Below, one piece after another: positions 27,950 through 37,831 of a stretch of DNA of 64,000 bases. The DNA lies in assembly GCA_018401955.1 (NCBI GenBank), contig JAGYJT010000012.1, positions 10,303 through 74,302 of the forward strand, written 5' to 3'. A program made the translations under genes and the position numbers. Source of the stretch: Chitinophagales bacterium (lineage in GTDB: Bacteria; Bacteroidota; Bacteroidia; Chitinophagales; CAIOSU01). The notes below the pieces were generated by a model. It ran no database searches and had not been told where the DNA came from. It worked only from the letters and a program-made list of their open reading frames with translations. Position 1 is the first letter of the stretch. Each line of letters starts with the position of its first letter.

Positions 27950-28544
27950 ACAGAAGAGTAAACGAAGTTACGTTTGTAACCGTTACCGTTGCGAAGTCGT
28001 CCCGTGCATCACCACCTACTAAAATACCTTCAGCAGGCATAAACAGGCTGTCAGCAAAGCTAGCGCCGTTGGTTGGGGTAACAATCTTGTACAAAGGCGC
28101 TGTCACGTTGGCTGAAGTAATAACAATGCTGCCTGCGCTTCCGCTACCTACGTAGTACAAACCCTTAATTCGCGTGCGCGGGAGGGCTAAATCAGCGGTG
28201 TACCCAACGCTTACGTCGTTGGATGATGTTGCGCTTGCTACGACGCTTGTGACAGAAGAGAAGTACTTGGTTGAAGAAACGGTATTAGTATTAACACCTG
28301 TGATTGTTTCTGTGCCAATACCGCCATCGGTTGTCTGCCCGACGATTGTTCCTGTGATCGTAAACACCGTGGTCGCATCGTCACCGTCTGAAGTAACCGA
28401 AACTTTAAACCCATAGCCATTGCGGCCTGGGATTGTTTTAAGTAACGTTAAAGGCCCCGCAGCAGCAATAGTAGCAGCCGCTCGGTAAAAATCGACATCG
28501 GCCTCTGGTGTTACTGACCAAATATCATACTGTTGACTTGCCAT
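27942..28544 (-). CDS. Hypothetical virion protein (200 aa)
   Basis: GGAG box. T/S/V/G-rich beta-type sequence in the head-proximal module. A hand-found 58-codon ORF (MAALDKEYLLGLRNQALEQRQKYLDL..., 28525-28701) bridges it to the upstream gene with TAATG coupling. Confidence 0.4.
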   Translation of the reverse strand: MASQQYDIWSVTPEADVDFYRAAATIAAAGPLTLLKTIPGRNGYGFKVSVTSDGDDATTVFTITGTIVGQTTDGGIGTETITGVNTNTVSSTKYFSSVTSVVASATSSNDVSVGYTADLALPRTRIKGLYYVGSGSAGSIVITSANVTAPLYKIVTPTNGASFADSLFMPAEGILVGGDARDDFATVTVTNVTSFTLLCG

Positions 28545-28700
28545 CTTGGTTCTCCGGTTCTTCTCGGTCGAGTTCTGTTAACAAAACATCCACCATTGCG
28601 ATTGCGCCGTTAGCCTGTTGGATAAGGTCCAGGTACTTTTGCCGTTGCTCCAGCGCCTGATTCCTTAAACCCAACAGGTACTCTTTATCTAACGCAGCCA

Positions 28701-29297
28701 TTAATTATCTTGGTAGTCAGCAGCGGCAACCAAAGGAATATAAAACAGACTTGCGCCAACCTTGACCTTGATACCAATGCCACCCTCAATATCAGCAGCA
28801 GCAAAGTTACCGCCGGGGGCTGTCACCATATCGGTATCACCAGCCGAACCAGCCGTCATACCAACGAGGTTTAACAGCACACCATTAGCGTTAACAACAG
28901 AGTCTGCACCCGTGCCGTTAACTGAAGCGTGGATAAGGGAGGTCAAAGTACCGGTTGAAGCTGTTGAAGCGGCATTAAGCTCAATCTCAACAGGCGCGTA
29001 AGTACCGGCAGAAGTGCCAGCAGACAGGGTCATCTCAGCAACAAAGGCTGAACCCAGGCCAGAAGTAGAACCAGAAGCGCCGTAAACAACCTCAGCCTTA
29101 AGAGCATTGGTGAACGAACCAAGCGCGGCATCGGCATTAAGTTTGAAAAGAGTACGTCCACCCGTGCCGCCAGCACCGGTCATCGTGACTTCGGTAGTAC
29201 TAACGTTGAATGTGGCGGAACCTGTGGAAGTGTCTGTAACGGTGCTTTGAAAACCGTTTTGAGAGACTACTGGCCCAGAAAAAGTAGTTGTTGCCAT
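28701..29297 (-). CDS. Ala/Gly/Thr/Ser-rich abundant structural protein (198 aa from MATTTF)
   Basis: AAGGAG 6 nt upstream of ATG 29297. Own transcription context immediately after the capsid-gene terminator. Possible decoration/head-fibre protein. Confidence 0.45.
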   Translation of the reverse strand: MATTTFSGPVVSQNGFQSTVTDTSTGSATFNVSTTEVTMTGAGGTGGRTLFKLNADAALGSFTNALKAEVVYGASGSTSGLGSAFVAEMTLSAGTSAGTYAPVEIELNAASTASTGTLTSLIHASVNGTGADSVVNANGVLLNLVGMTAGSAGDTDMVTAPGGNFAAADIEGGIGIKVKVGASLFYIPLVAAADYQDN

Positions 29298-29395
29298 TGA
29301 AAACTCCTTGTGTAGTAGCACATCCCCGTACCGTCTCTACTATGTCTGCTAGGTCAGTCTGTACGGGTAATAAATCCTAGACTTAATGAAATAAT

Positions 29396-29428
29396 AAAAC
29401 AAAAAAGGGGGCTTGTCGCCCCCTTTTT
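29396..29428 (-). terminator. Rho-independent terminator downstream of the major capsid gene
   Basis: On the minus strand: GGGGGC-GACAA-GCCCCC followed by TTTTTTGTTTT. Begins 9 nt after the capsid stop. Confidence 0.8.
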
Positions 29429-29436
29429 CTTGCTAC

Positions 29437-30348
29437 TTAAGCTGCGCCAGGAGATCCGAAGATACCTCTTGCATCGCTGAAGCCAAACGAATACCTCTCG
29501 CGCGCCTTGTACCTAACGTTCCCGGTGTCAAAATCACCATCCATGGAGTTCTGCAGCGGCGTACGAATAAAGTGCTTCATGCCGTTAGGAACGTCCGTGG
29601 TAAGGAACCAAGCATCGGTGTCGGTTAAGTAGTGGTTAATGGTGTAACCCTCGGGAATCGAGCCGTTATTCTTCAACGCATTGATGTCGTTGTCAGCCGT
29701 AGCCACGCGGAGTTCAGTATCCAAGAGGCGTGTTGCAACGAACTGCAATGCAGGGGGAATAACGAGCTTGCGGGGGCGAGCTGCGATTAACAGGCCACGC
29801 TCATCTGTCCATGCAGCGATCTGAATAACAGCGGCTTCAAGAGAAGTCTCATTCAGGTCAGCAGGAGTAGTGGGGACGTTGCTGTTAACACCACCCGAAA
29901 CCAAGGGGTGCGAAGCGGAAAACAAAGGCACTCCATCGCCACCGGGGAAATTGGTGTCGAAGCCATTGTTAAGAACCGCAGCAGCCTTAGTCTGCTTGGT
30001 GTAAGCCATAGCACGAGCGAGAGCCTTGGTGTATCGGCTGGAGAGCGAGTCATAGAGGTTGTCCTCAATTGCCTCTTCCGTCAGCGAGAAACCAAGAGCG
30101 ATTGTCTCGTGTGTATAGCGGGCTGTGAAAGTTTCCTGTGCGTTGTCATAGGCGATGGCAGAACCCTCGTTTTTGACAGGAGCGGCGGAGAAACCAGACA
30201 GCTTGGTTTCTTCTTCGAACGAACGCTCGGAAGTTTCGGTTTCAAAAATCTCCTTATGCTCTTCGCCGTAACGAGCATACTCAAGACCAAACAAAGCATT
30301 AAGTCCTGGGAGCAGTTCTTTAAGTAGTTGTGCGCGTGAAATAGCCAT
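29437..30348 (-). CDS. Major capsid protein (303 aa)
   Basis: AAGGAG box and position after the scaffold. ...ETSERSFEEETKLSGFSAAPVKNEGSAIAYDNAQETFTARYTHETIALGFSLTEEAIEDNLY resembles capsid-family N-regions I recall. Followed by a strong terminator. Confidence 0.7.
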   Translation of the reverse strand: MAISRAQLLKELLPGLNALFGLEYARYGEEHKEIFETETSERSFEEETKLSGFSAAPVKNEGSAIAYDNAQETFTARYTHETIALGFSLTEEAIEDNLYDSLSSRYTKALARAMAYTKQTKAAAVLNNGFDTNFPGGDGVPLFSASHPLVSGGVNSNVPTTPADLNETSLEAAVIQIAAWTDERGLLIAARPRKLVIPPALQFVATRLLDTELRVATADNDINALKNNGSIPEGYTINHYLTDTDAWFLTTDVPNGMKHFIRTPLQNSMDGDFDTGNVRYKARERYSFGFSDARGIFGSPGAA

Positions 30349-30359
30349 TTATCTGCTCC

Positions 30360-30980
30360 TTAAACGCCAACGGCGGTGTCATAAGCATGCATACCGAAGT
30401 TGAACTTAACAATCACTTCGGGAAACAAGATGTTGCCGCCTGAAACGTAGGCGGTGTCCGGCACAACATCAACAATCCGAATTGGGAAAGTATCTGTCGT
30501 AGCAGTTGTTTCAAGCAACGCAACTTGTGAGTTGCCAGCAGCAGTAATGCCTGTGTTGTTTACGATCTCAGCGTTGTTACCAACAGATGTAAATTGAACA
30601 CCGGTTATAACAGTGGTGCCAGAAACTACCGTGACTTGAAACAGCGTATCGGGGTCATCACAGACATAAGCCGTAATAAAACCAGATGTTACTGTTGTAT
30701 CAGCCACAAAGTTTTGCTGGAACTGCACTTGCCCTGTGCTTGAGTTGACAAATTCGCAACCAAGAAAAACGCCAGCGAAACCGCCAGTTGGTTTTGCATC
30801 AGTTGCTGCTGAACGGGCAACAGTACCGTCGTTAACACGAATAAGCAGATCGCCAAAACCAATTGAAGTGTCATAGCCACTAGCAATTCGCATTTTACGT
30901 GTAGCGCCGGCAAATACCTGCCCGCCGATCAAATTGATCGGCCTGAAGCCATAAGGCTTGCTAACAGTAGGATAAGCCAT
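30360..30980 (-). CDS. Capsid-associated (decoration-like) protein (206 aa)
   Basis: TAGGAG box. Lies between the scaffold-region genes and the capsid gene; beta-rich. Confidence 0.4.
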   Translation of the reverse strand: MAYPTVSKPYGFRPINLIGGQVFAGATRKMRIASGYDTSIGFGDLLIRVNDGTVARSAATDAKPTGGFAGVFLGCEFVNSSTGQVQFQQNFVADTTVTSGFITAYVCDDPDTLFQVTVVSGTTVITGVQFTSVGNNAEIVNNTGITAAGNSQVALLETTATTDTFPIRIVDVVPDTAYVSGGNILFPEVIVKFNFGMHAYDTAVGV

Positions 30981-30997
30981 TTTAAACTCCTAAAAAA

Positions 30998-31474
30998 TTA
31001 TTTAGAACCATTTCCAAATCCGACGCCTCTGGTTGTGGAAGTTTTCTTCTCACTGAACAGCGGCATACGGGGGTCACTTTGACGCATGAAGTTGTTATCC
31101 ACAGACTCCATTTGGGCTGCGTTTTGTTTACGGTAAAAGCTATTGCGCGAATCTACCAATTCTTCTGGCATCTTGCACAGTAATAGACCGCCTAACTCAA
31201 CGTTCCCGTTTTTATCGCCTGCGAGCATAAGCTCGGGGTGGTCAAGAGCTTTGACCGGTTCCCAGCCTTCACGGGTTTTTTTGGAAACATTCTGCGGAAG
31301 TGCCGCACCTAAAAGGGCAGTAGCAATCCATCGAAATTTCCAACCCGGTTGAGGGGTGGGGTCAGGAAGAGTGCTCGGTGGACTGTATTCCATGCTACGA
31401 GCAGAACTCTCACGTGTTTGAAGGTTTCTGGGCGTGCGCTCTTGCGCGCCGTCACGGCTAATTCGTTCAGACAT
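30998..31474 (-). CDS. Head-module hypothetical protein (158 aa from MSERISRD)
   Basis: GGAG box. ATG 31474 lies 1 nt downstream of the scaffold TAA (TAAAATG). Motif PQPGWKFRWI...REGWEPV. Confidence 0.4.
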   Translation of the reverse strand: MSERISRDGAQERTPRNLQTRESSARSMEYSPPSTLPDPTPQPGWKFRWIATALLGAALPQNVSKKTREGWEPVKALDHPELMLAGDKNGNVELGGLLLCKMPEELVDSRNSFYRKQNAAQMESVDNNFMRQSDPRMPLFSEKKTSTTRGVGFGNGSK

Positions 31475-31475
31475 T

Positions 31476-32420
31476 TTAGGACTCCGATGTAAGTTTAAGG
31501 ACTTCTCTAGCGTACTGCTCATTGGTCAAGTTAAATTTTCTTGCCAGGGCTTCCTGGGTTTTAGTTAATTTAACTTTTGTTTTTCCATTGGCAGATCGTG
31601 TTACAGCGGCTACTACGTTAGCCGGACGTTTACTCGGTTGTTCCTTCTTTGTCTCTCCAAAATAGTCGGGAAACACCTCACGCATGCGAGCGTCTACTCG
31701 CTCGTAATATTCAGCCGATCCCGCAGGAACTCCGGCATTGACCAGTTTTTTGTGCACAGCGTAAGCAAGATTGGTCATTTCATCATCTGCCCCAAACCAA
31801 GAGTTCTTGGTTTGCCACTGAACATCGCGTTCAGTAGGCTGCGGAACCGATTGCTGCTGCGTAGGTTGAATATATACATCATCTTCTTTGGATTGTAAAG
31901 CGGGGGGCTGATAATTTTTTGCAGCTTCAGAACGATATTTAGCTGCCGCAAATTCTTCTTGGGCGTCAATAATCGCATCCGTGTCATAGCTCTCCTGCGC
32001 TGATTTTAATTTCTGCCGAGCCATTTGAAGCTCCATATCCGCCTTGGACTGGAGAACTTCCCCGTAATGAGTGGCCCCTTTACTGAACTGGTCACGCAGT
32101 TTTTTGTTTTCTTCAAAAAGTTGTTGCGCAACCCGGACTGCTTCTTCCCGTTCACGTGCAGCCGCTTCTTTAGCCCGACGTTCATCATGACGAGCGTGCG
32201 TAAGCTCCTTCATCCGTTTCTGGACTTTTTCGCTGTACTCTGCGACCTCTTCATCCGTTGGGTCATTAACTTCACGGTCAAGAGGCTTACGCCCACGGTC
32301 TTGCTCTGGCGTATCGTCAACTACTTCTAGCTCAATATCGCTTTCGTCGGACTCCGTTTCAATTTCTAAATCCTTGTCTTCCACTTCTATTTCATCAGGA
32401 AACTTGTAGTTCTCTGCCAT
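31476..32420 (-). CDS. Scaffolding protein (314 aa)
   Basis: Very acidic N-terminus (EIEVEDKDLEIETESDESDIELEVVDD), charged coiled-coil centre. Position is between the portal and capsid genes. Confidence 0.55.
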   Translation of the reverse strand: MAENYKFPDEIEVEDKDLEIETESDESDIELEVVDDTPEQDRGRKPLDREVNDPTDEEVAEYSEKVQKRMKELTHARHDERRAKEAAAREREEAVRVAQQLFEENKKLRDQFSKGATHYGEVLQSKADMELQMARQKLKSAQESYDTDAIIDAQEEFAAAKYRSEAAKNYQPPALQSKEDDVYIQPTQQQSVPQPTERDVQWQTKNSWFGADDEMTNLAYAVHKKLVNAGVPAGSAEYYERVDARMREVFPDYFGETKKEQPSKRPANVVAAVTRSANGKTKVKLTKTQEALARKFNLTNEQYAREVLKLTSES

Positions 32421-32432
32421 GATTAGCTCCTA

Positions 32433-32789
32433 TTAAGCGCGGGTATACCCACGAGGGTCTTCAACAACGGCTTCAACCTGATCGTCGTTAAGCAGGCGGA
32501 ACTCTCTGCCGTGAATTTTAAAACGAGTTCCTGAGTAAGCACGAACTAACACAAAATCACCTTCTTTACACCAAGGGCCTTGTGGAAACTTACTTTCGTC
32601 TTTGTACGCATCTGGACCTACTTTGACGACAAACAAGACGGTTGTGCTGTGCTCTTCGATCTTTGCCATTGAATCGGGCTTGAGTAGATCGGTGCCGGAA
32701 AACTTATCCTCAACTTCAGGAATAGCACACAGTAATTTCCAGCCGGTTGGGTTTGGCAACTGGGTTGCCTGTTGGGTTTCTTCAGTCAT
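32433..32789 (-). CDS. GroES/Cpn10-like co-chaperonin fold protein (118 aa)
   Basis: By eye it aligns to the GroES pattern: P.G.K/R-L-L...E.K..G..L.P.S...VV.VG......V..GD.VL....G......G.E...L...D..A.VE. Confidence 0.45.
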   Translation of the reverse strand: MTEETQQATQLPNPTGWKLLCAIPEVEDKFSGTDLLKPDSMAKIEEHSTTVLFVVKVGPDAYKDESKFPQGPWCKEGDFVLVRAYSGTRFKIHGREFRLLNDDQVEAVVEDPRGYTRA

Positions 32790-32976
32790 CTATTTCCTCA
32801 GCTTTCTGTGCAAGGTCAAGTAAGTAAGCCTCTGCCATTGCCAGACCTTGAATGACACCGCAGAGTTTTTGATACTGCTCAAAATTTTGACAAGCGCCGC
32901 CTGCAATATCGTCGGCGTAGTTATTCAAATCTTCTCGTATTTTTTTGCGTAGAACCTCTACGAAGTTTTCAATCAC
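32782..32976 (-). CDS. Small hypothetical protein (64 aa)
   Basis: Intact ORF overlapping both neighbours by a few nt; helical, acidic C-terminus. Confidence 0.35.
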   Translation of the reverse strand: MIENFVEVLRKKIREDLNNYADDIAGGACQNFEQYQKLCGVIQGLAMAEAYLLDLAQKAEEIDD

Positions 32977-35441
32977 CGGGTTTTACCTCCTCGTTGTCTG
33001 GATTCCCCAACAGATATGCCGAGTTTCATTCCCTCAAGCTGCTGCTTAATCTTCAGTTCGTCGGCGTCTTTTGCTGCTTTTACTAACAATTCTTGCTCTC
33101 GTAACTTCAATTCGTCAGCTTTTGCTGCCGCATCCACCGCCAGTTCCTTCTCTTTTATAGCGAGTTCAGCCTGTTTAATCTGAATGTCGAGTTGGTCTTT
33201 CTGCGTTTTGCGCTGCTGCTCGGCCTGCTTGAGCATGAGTTCTTGCTGCTGCATCTGTACGATGGGGTCTTGCGCTTGTTGCTGCGCCTGCTTCTGGGCA
33301 ACTTCGGATTGGCTATTTGCCAATACCCGCTTACTTGCTTCTGCTGCCAGACGCGAAACCTGAATTTCAAGCTCCTCGGGCATCTCTGTATCGGGTGCAG
33401 GTAACGGCATCCCAAGCTGCTCTTCAAGCCTACGGCGGTAGGCAAACCCAACGTGCTCAGCGATATGCGCCTGCATCGCCGCCACAAGCTGGTTGGCTCT
33501 TGGATTTTGCCCAATAAGCTGCGTAACAAGTGGATCCTGCATTGCGTTCATGTGTACCTGAATATGTGCCTCATGGTCTTGATAAATAAAGGCTTTTACG
33601 GGCTTGCCCTTGAGCACATCCATGTTCTCAGACACGGGGTCCACCGGCTTCTCATCATCCTCTGTAGGTATAAGCTTGGCGGCGTTCTTAATGCCAAGGG
33701 TTTCAAGCATTTGCCTGTGAAGCTGTGGGAGGTTGTAAATCTGAGGCGCCGTCTGGGAAAGCTGGATAACTGCCTGATACTGCACAATCCTCTGAGACAT
33801 CGTTGCCGCATTGGGGTCCGAGACAGGAATAACCTCCACCATGTCGTAGTCGGCCTGTTTGGCCCGCCTTGACCCCTCAATCGGATCGTAGTCGTAATCA
33901 TCGTCGGTGTAATCCCTAATGATTGCAGACAAAAGCTTTAACTCATGTTTAAAGGCGTAGTGCACCCGAGCTTGAACCGCAGACATCACCTTGAGCATGC
34001 GCTCCAACAACGCCAGCGTTGTACCCACAGGGGCCTGTGCCGACATGTCCGAAATCTTCATGTCTGATGTTGCGGCAAAACGACGCCCTTCTTCAACAAT
34101 CGTCCCTAACAACTGGTACAGCGTCGCACTGGGTTCTTTATAGGGTAGTGGCAGAATGTTATCCCGCAGAGCGCCAGAGCCAATGTCCACATCTCTAAAC
34201 TCCCCCGGTGCAATCGGTGTGTCGTCCCCCTTGATGCGTAGTCCTCTGGATTTCAGTCCCCCCGGCAGGTTGGATAACGTACCGGCATCCACAAGCTGCC
34301 TCATGATCGACGTTGCCGACTTGGCAAACCCACCAATTAGGTGAAACAGCCCGAAGCCGTAGAACCCAAAGCCAGGGATGTAAACGTAGTGCACGAAATG
34401 GTCGCGTCTTTTTTGCGTTACATCGTCTTCGTAATAGTTACGCCTAACTGCCAGTACTTCACCTGTGCCCTCTACCACTGTGACCACGTATGGTATGGCA
34501 ATGCCTGTAGGCTCCCCGTCTTCTAGGTCTTCATAGCCCGGTAGGTCAAGGTTGACGTGTACTTCATACAACACATAGCGGTCGTCATTAATTGACGACA
34601 TTCCGCTTTCTTTGTCCTTTTTCTCCTGCAACTCATTTTTTAGCCTGGAGGGCTCACCCAGTTCAATATCACGGTAAAAGCCTGCTACCTGAAGCTTGCG
34701 TATCTCATTGCTGGTTTTGTACATACGATGTGTTACACGCTCAGCACTCTCCAACCCCACCGCGCCGTAGGACACGATAATGTCTTCTGCTGGAACGAAA
34801 ACCGATGTCTGGCGCTGGAGGTTGGGGTCGAAGTAGACTTTCTTAAATGCGGAACCAGTGGCTGGCAAGTTCCACAACATCCTTTCGTGCTCCATGCGGA
34901 ACTCAGGCATGCGCTCGGTCAACTCGTAGTTCATGTCCTCCTTGACTCGGGCTGCAGCGTCTTCTTTCTCGCGTGTGTCTTTACCAATAATTTTTGTACG
35001 TACAGGCCCTTGAGCAGGAAATGTCTCCATGATTGTTTCGGACTGAAAACGAACGACCGCTTCTGTAATCATGGGGTGGAACACACCACAGGCGCCGTCC
35101 CACGGCTCAGTACGCTCTTCGTATTTCAAGCCAAGCAGCACAAGCCCTTCTTTATACGATTTCTCCCAGTCTTTTCGGGAATCAAGGTCGTCTTTAATAT
35201 TTTGTAAAAGCTCGTTACCAAGGCTCTGCAGTTCAGCTTCGTCTATTTCTTCTGCAAGGTTGGCATAAAAATCAGGCCCGCCTTCGCCTTCGGTAATTTC
35301 AAGAATTTCTTCCCCACCCACGCTAACGCGTACAGCTTCTGGGTCCTCAATCTCAATTTCAAGATCCGGTTCACCCATCAGCGCTTGAGCGTCTTCCTCA
35401 ATGCCTTGGGGTGCTTGGTACAGTGCTTTATCAATAGCCAT
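32973..35441 (-). CDS. Portal protein (822 aa) with long Q/K/E coiled-coil C-terminal extension
   Basis: Largest head-module ORF, one gene downstream of the terminase, with AAGAGG box. C-terminal ~150 aa are Q/E/K-rich (QKQAQQQAQDPIVQMQQQELMLKQAEQQRK...). Confidence 0.7.
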   Translation of the reverse strand: MAIDKALYQAPQGIEEDAQALMGEPDLEIEIEDPEAVRVSVGGEEILEITEGEGGPDFYANLAEEIDEAELQSLGNELLQNIKDDLDSRKDWEKSYKEGLVLLGLKYEERTEPWDGACGVFHPMITEAVVRFQSETIMETFPAQGPVRTKIIGKDTREKEDAAARVKEDMNYELTERMPEFRMEHERMLWNLPATGSAFKKVYFDPNLQRQTSVFVPAEDIIVSYGAVGLESAERVTHRMYKTSNEIRKLQVAGFYRDIELGEPSRLKNELQEKKDKESGMSSINDDRYVLYEVHVNLDLPGYEDLEDGEPTGIAIPYVVTVVEGTGEVLAVRRNYYEDDVTQKRRDHFVHYVYIPGFGFYGFGLFHLIGGFAKSATSIMRQLVDAGTLSNLPGGLKSRGLRIKGDDTPIAPGEFRDVDIGSGALRDNILPLPYKEPSATLYQLLGTIVEEGRRFAATSDMKISDMSAQAPVGTTLALLERMLKVMSAVQARVHYAFKHELKLLSAIIRDYTDDDYDYDPIEGSRRAKQADYDMVEVIPVSDPNAATMSQRIVQYQAVIQLSQTAPQIYNLPQLHRQMLETLGIKNAAKLIPTEDDEKPVDPVSENMDVLKGKPVKAFIYQDHEAHIQVHMNAMQDPLVTQLIGQNPRANQLVAAMQAHIAEHVGFAYRRRLEEQLGMPLPAPDTEMPEELEIQVSRLAAEASKRVLANSQSEVAQKQAQQQAQDPIVQMQQQELMLKQAEQQRKTQKDQLDIQIKQAELAIKEKELAVDAAAKADELKLREQELLVKAAKDADELKIKQQLEGMKLGISVGESRQRGGKTR

Positions 35442-35450
35442 AATGACCTC

Positions 35451-36308
35451 TTAAATTAATTTCTTGTTGCCCGCGTTTTCAACGTAGCCGCCCTCAGCAA
35501 ACCCAATCATTCGTTTAAATTTGTCAATGGTGCCTGTGGTTGGCTCTTCAACCCGAGTCATAGGTTCTATATCATGCCTGTCTAACCGGGTCATGCGAAG
35601 TCCTGTTAGGGCGTTATAAGTTTCCCGCACATCTCGATCTTTAAACAGCGTTTTACGAAGCACTGGATCCTTAGTTAAATCCACGCCTTGTGTATCTTCA
35701 ATGGATGCAAGGGTGGCAAGCTGTTCATATAAAAGGTTCGGAAGTTTTCCAGCCTTTGCTTGAAATTCAAGCATCTTTGGGTCCAAGTATGCCGACTCAA
35801 TACCGTACTTTTCTTTGAGGTATGGATACGCTTCAGAGGCGGCTCTTACAAAATCAGTCCTCTTTCTCCCTAAATACTTCTTTTCTTCTTCTCCGGCTTT
35901 GTTTTTTCTAGTTGTAAAATCACCAAGTAACTCATCAAACTTTTGGTTAATGTTTGCAGCAGCCCCCAATTGTTTCCTAGCCAGTATGTGGTTGGCTTCA
36001 TGCGAAGCTGTTTGTGCAGGATTTTTGTTCTCTGGGTTCATCCACATTTCATCAGGAATACCCATATTTGCATAGTTATCCCTCAAGTACGGGCTTTCCA
36101 TTACATACCCGCCAGTGCTTGATCCTTCAAGCGCATAATCTCTACGCACCTGTGGATTTACCAAGCCCTGATAGGTAGAAGAACTTCCTTCTGTACCCTT
36201 TAAAAGCGCGGGTAGCCCACCGGGCACTGCTTCTGTAAAGCGTCGTTGACGATTTACCCTTTGTTGCACTTCTGGGTGCAGCTCTTCGTAGGATCGGTCT
36301 TTAGCCAT
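35451..36308 (-). CDS. HExxH-motif protein (putative zinc metallopeptidase), 285 aa
   Basis: TASHEANHILARKQLG contains HEANH. C-terminus IGFAEGGYVENAGNKKLI. Lies between the terminase and the portal. Confidence 0.4.
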   Translation of the reverse strand: MAKDRSYEELHPEVQQRVNRQRRFTEAVPGGLPALLKGTEGSSSTYQGLVNPQVRRDYALEGSSTGGYVMESPYLRDNYANMGIPDEMWMNPENKNPAQTASHEANHILARKQLGAAANINQKFDELLGDFTTRKNKAGEEEKKYLGRKRTDFVRAASEAYPYLKEKYGIESAYLDPKMLEFQAKAGKLPNLLYEQLATLASIEDTQGVDLTKDPVLRKTLFKDRDVRETYNALTGLRMTRLDRHDIEPMTRVEEPTTGTIDKFKRMIGFAEGGYVENAGNKKLI

Positions 36309-36316
36309 GCTGGCTC

Positions 36317-37831
36317 CTAGTAATATGCCGCCTTGCGGCTACGGAAGTACATTGGTTCATCGGCTTCATCGCTTGGTAGCGTAATAAACCCCCCATTTCT
36401 AAAGCGTAACAGCGCCTGGGTCATAGTGTCCACGTAGTCGTCATGCTCTCCAACTGGAAACGCCACAATCTCTTCAATCACATCCCGCGCCCATCGTGTA
36501 TCGGGCGCCCAAACGCACCCACTGGCAAATAAATCTGAAACAGCATTGACACGGGTAATCTTATCGTTGCCTCGACTGGGGGTAAATTCGTCAACAGGTA
36601 TACCCATGCGGCGTAATTCTTGAATTAGCGGGGCGCCAGCAGCTTTTTTTTCTACTAAAAACGCATCAGGCTCCCACTCTTTCCATTGCTTGTAAGCAAC
36701 CTCTTTAAGTTCGGGAAATTCCATTCTATCTTTAAATGCGTCCAAAAGTATAATACTGGGTCGGCTGCCCTCTTCTTCGTTATACCAAATACCCCAGGTT
36801 GTGCACGCCGTGTAGTCGGCTGTGGTCTTGGCTTCGTGCGCCGTGTCCCAAGACTGATAATAAATTCGCACTGCGGCGGGTCTTCTGGCTCCCAAATACG
36901 CCAGTGACTTCTCTTAATAAACGCTGCAGAATCAAGTGTTGGCTGCTGCATGTACTGGGCGTTCCAATACCGGGGGTCCATCGCCATTTTCTTTTGCTGT
37001 AGCTGCTCCAGGGGCCACTGCTCAGGCCAAAGGCTCTTTTCTTTCTCAGTATCCTCAAAAAGGATAGCCGGAAGTTCCACAATTTCCCAAGGATCTGCGT
37101 CTGGATTACGCGCTTGAAAGCTAAGAAGCCGCCCTGTTAAGTCCACCAGGCTCCATCGTGTCATTACCACGATAATTCGGCCCCCTGGCATCAACCGCTG
37201 TAGCGGTCCGGTCTGAAACCACGACCAGGCATTGTCAAATGTGGCTCTGCTATTGGCTTTTATATCCTGTTCGGAATGTGGGTCATCAATAACAAACAAA
37301 TCGGCACCGCGTCCTGCAAGTGCACCACCCACACCCACCGCGTAATATTGACCGCCCTCGTTTGTTGACCATTTACCGGCAGCTTTTTGGTCGTCTGCGA
37401 CTTTCGTTCCTGGAAAAACTTGAGCATAGTCCTCTCCTTCAATGAGGTTACGCACTCTTCGGCCAAAATCTTCCGACAATCCGGCGGTGTGGGTCGCCAT
37501 AATGATCTTTGTCTCGGGGTACTGCCCTAAAAACCACGCTGGAAACAAGTAAGAGGCAAACTCTGACTTACCCATACGGGGGGCGATGTTAATAATCACC
37601 CTCTTTTTCTTACCAGAAGCCACGTCCGCAAAAATCTTCGCCAGTTTCCTGTGGTGCGCACCCTCTTTAAACCCAGGATACACCTCCTTTGCAAAGGAAA
37701 TCATGTCCCCTGGCATTACGCAGCCGTAGGCGGCGCTCTTGTTCGTCCAGTTCTTCAAGAAATTCAAGCTTTTGCTGCGGTGACATGCTTTTAAGCAGCA
37801 CCTGCAGCTCTGGGTCAGTCATTCTCTTCAT
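36317..37831 (-). pseudogene. Terminase large subunit, interrupted by 2 frameshifts
   Basis: Walker A-like IAPRMGKSE and Walker B DLFVIDDPHSEQD. Nuclease half YYQSWDTAHEAKTTADYTACTTWGIW...GEHDDYVDTMTQAL. ORFs 37667-37969, 36655-37767 and 36317-36895 overlap in different frames (shifts ~37,700-37,770 and ~36,860-36,890). Confidence 0.85.

Noticed and set aside
33155-35268. Multiple 60-160-aa ORFs inside the portal gene, on both strands
   Set aside because: They are fully nested in an intact 822-aa ORF, with shadow-ORF composition.
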